IMG/VR virus record: IMGVR_UViG_3300037462_000130
Span: 1-32,477 of that record
Reading direction: 5' to 3' (one strand)
From: a virus
Lineage: Duplodnaviria; Caudoviricetes
DNA length: 32,477 nucleotides
In this document: piece by piece, positions 32,401-32,477 of the stretch
How positions within the stretch are numbered: the first letter of the stretch is position 1
Layout of the letters: every line of letters begins with the position of its first letter
Position numbers and translations under genes: made by a program
The notes under the pieces: generated by a model
Databases searched by the model: none
Seen by the model: only the letters and a program-made list of their open reading frames with translations
What the model was told of the DNA's origin: nothing

Positions 32401-32477
32401 GACACGACCCAAGTCAATTGTCTTGAAGAAGATTGCTGCCACTCGCTCAGTGTCTTCTAACGGAATTTTGAAACCGT
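29377..32477 (-). CDS. Tail tape measure protein (5' end beyond the window)
   Basis: More than 1030 aa, helical and Ala/Lys-rich. TP901-type core LSNTFGRIAPMASALGVSIEEANAAISTLTRQG; hydrophobic segments; frame open to the window edge. Confidence 0.9.
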   Translation of the reverse strand, partial: GFKIPLEDTERVAAIFFKTIDLGRVKAADLSNTFGRIAPMASALGVSIEEANAAISTLTRQGTKPSDAMTLLTNVMIKLAKPTDKMKDLLESWGTPTGQAAIATFGFEGVLKKLEETTEGSTEELSKLFNEIRSFRGAQLTTTSLFAEFKKDLDAIKASSSEYDLAKLIRAEPAADKVIKEMNRIRNAFTLQFGDQMLAAAANYISVMEAMGLTTKTFFSFLGRVGANTAIFVTLAGAVAALHGTYKVAAVALTYLTQIKIRNTAATTTNTGAIGTNTAATAQSTSQTLANTAATAANAKAKAGLLSGLGRFIPWAATAVIAFSAFREILDQTTQSMDKLTDENKRDAFLSILKTTIKPQAEVDRTIPDSYKSIGVQLLTMFANVNKQGQKELDGFRKSAEESFDSLSVIFKTYTDRMNTGIEMFRNAMNDAKSNIKQGERFITNLNTSIDKAILNFKKKHGGKEWWNDQQMPILENEIANKYKQADANKRIVLDTEKELKSIESGVLSGDPAALQRRDEILLRSKEAYEAMQNTLKEILELESERADLRAKYRLDQATAEEKSGQRFPGKFGDYRSRYRRFDDGVTRKEVLASPNDDLVPALDRLRQYSTETEKEITELRRKQIKTNNDLAESEKQKLNANKQQVDALDKLKIWDQGGEIFPKYRQRDGKVDIKKFLDDFNADVTKLRATLPKEKAKEFDAAVDLYRKAMLKTVDAAEDFDKNKAAQQRTITDLQLLENTYAGLNSKIKELDKVVYGEGGKLDKASKTAQFLQSQASLQQSTTGQKVTGFLGLAGAPDAETAAKLTAAKQAKQKQDKALELQKEWFKTLSEEIRNIRTDRDAVKVLNKIGEMSGYAVRDKISDIPLPYDMSNVPPGMNLSKPTLQAGFEALVQQVLDARKSITQQEQYKMDAQDAPQKLKEAQDTLKEQFPDLKLTTKTISETLNNTDVPLKVFKSNIDEINKQFKLQKDDLDRLQNSLKVQPEGKPMSLGGDTNFGDINVTINGGDSSQQTVREIIDGLKRELRRGTVSL

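Noticed and set aside
1-32477. tRNA, rRNA, integrase, intein or intron
   Set aside because: No cloverleaf, rRNA signature, recombinase motif or splicing motif was recognised by eye; tRNAscan and Rfam searches would be needed to exclude them formally.

Overview
A 32.5-kb fragment of a tailed dsDNA phage genome, probably siphovirus-like, that uses the standard genetic code. Twin divergent promoters in a palindrome-rich intergenic region (13582-14111) drive two arms. The left arm (- strand) encodes a ParB-like protein, a probable SSB, a DHH phosphoesterase, ThyX, a Dam-like protein, an SNF2 helicase, a second ParB and a family A DNA polymerase. The right arm (+ strand) encodes a primase-helicase and a dNMP kinase. 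A converging tail module (tape measure protein and tail proteins) fills 25120-32477. The most unusual content is two paralog arrays, 320-4284 and 17429-25123, totalling about 17-18 genes. They pair hypervariable beta-rich or propeller-like domains with a conserved short helical motif, 'L(I/V)(Y/L)AD(W/F/K)(L/M)EE(H/R/E)G', that resembles the TIGR02996 repeat-companion domain of Gemmata and Myxococcus. The arrays show DNA-level conserved cassettes, mosaicism and frameshifted members. This suggests a diversifying adaptor or decoy system aimed at a planctomycete- or myxobacteria-type host (inference). Also notable are apparent pseudo-enzymes (DEDDh exonuclease, Dam, one ParB) and a window-wide excess of AACTTAAGTT and TTARYTAA palindromes. 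All family assignments come from motif recognition by eye; no searches were run.
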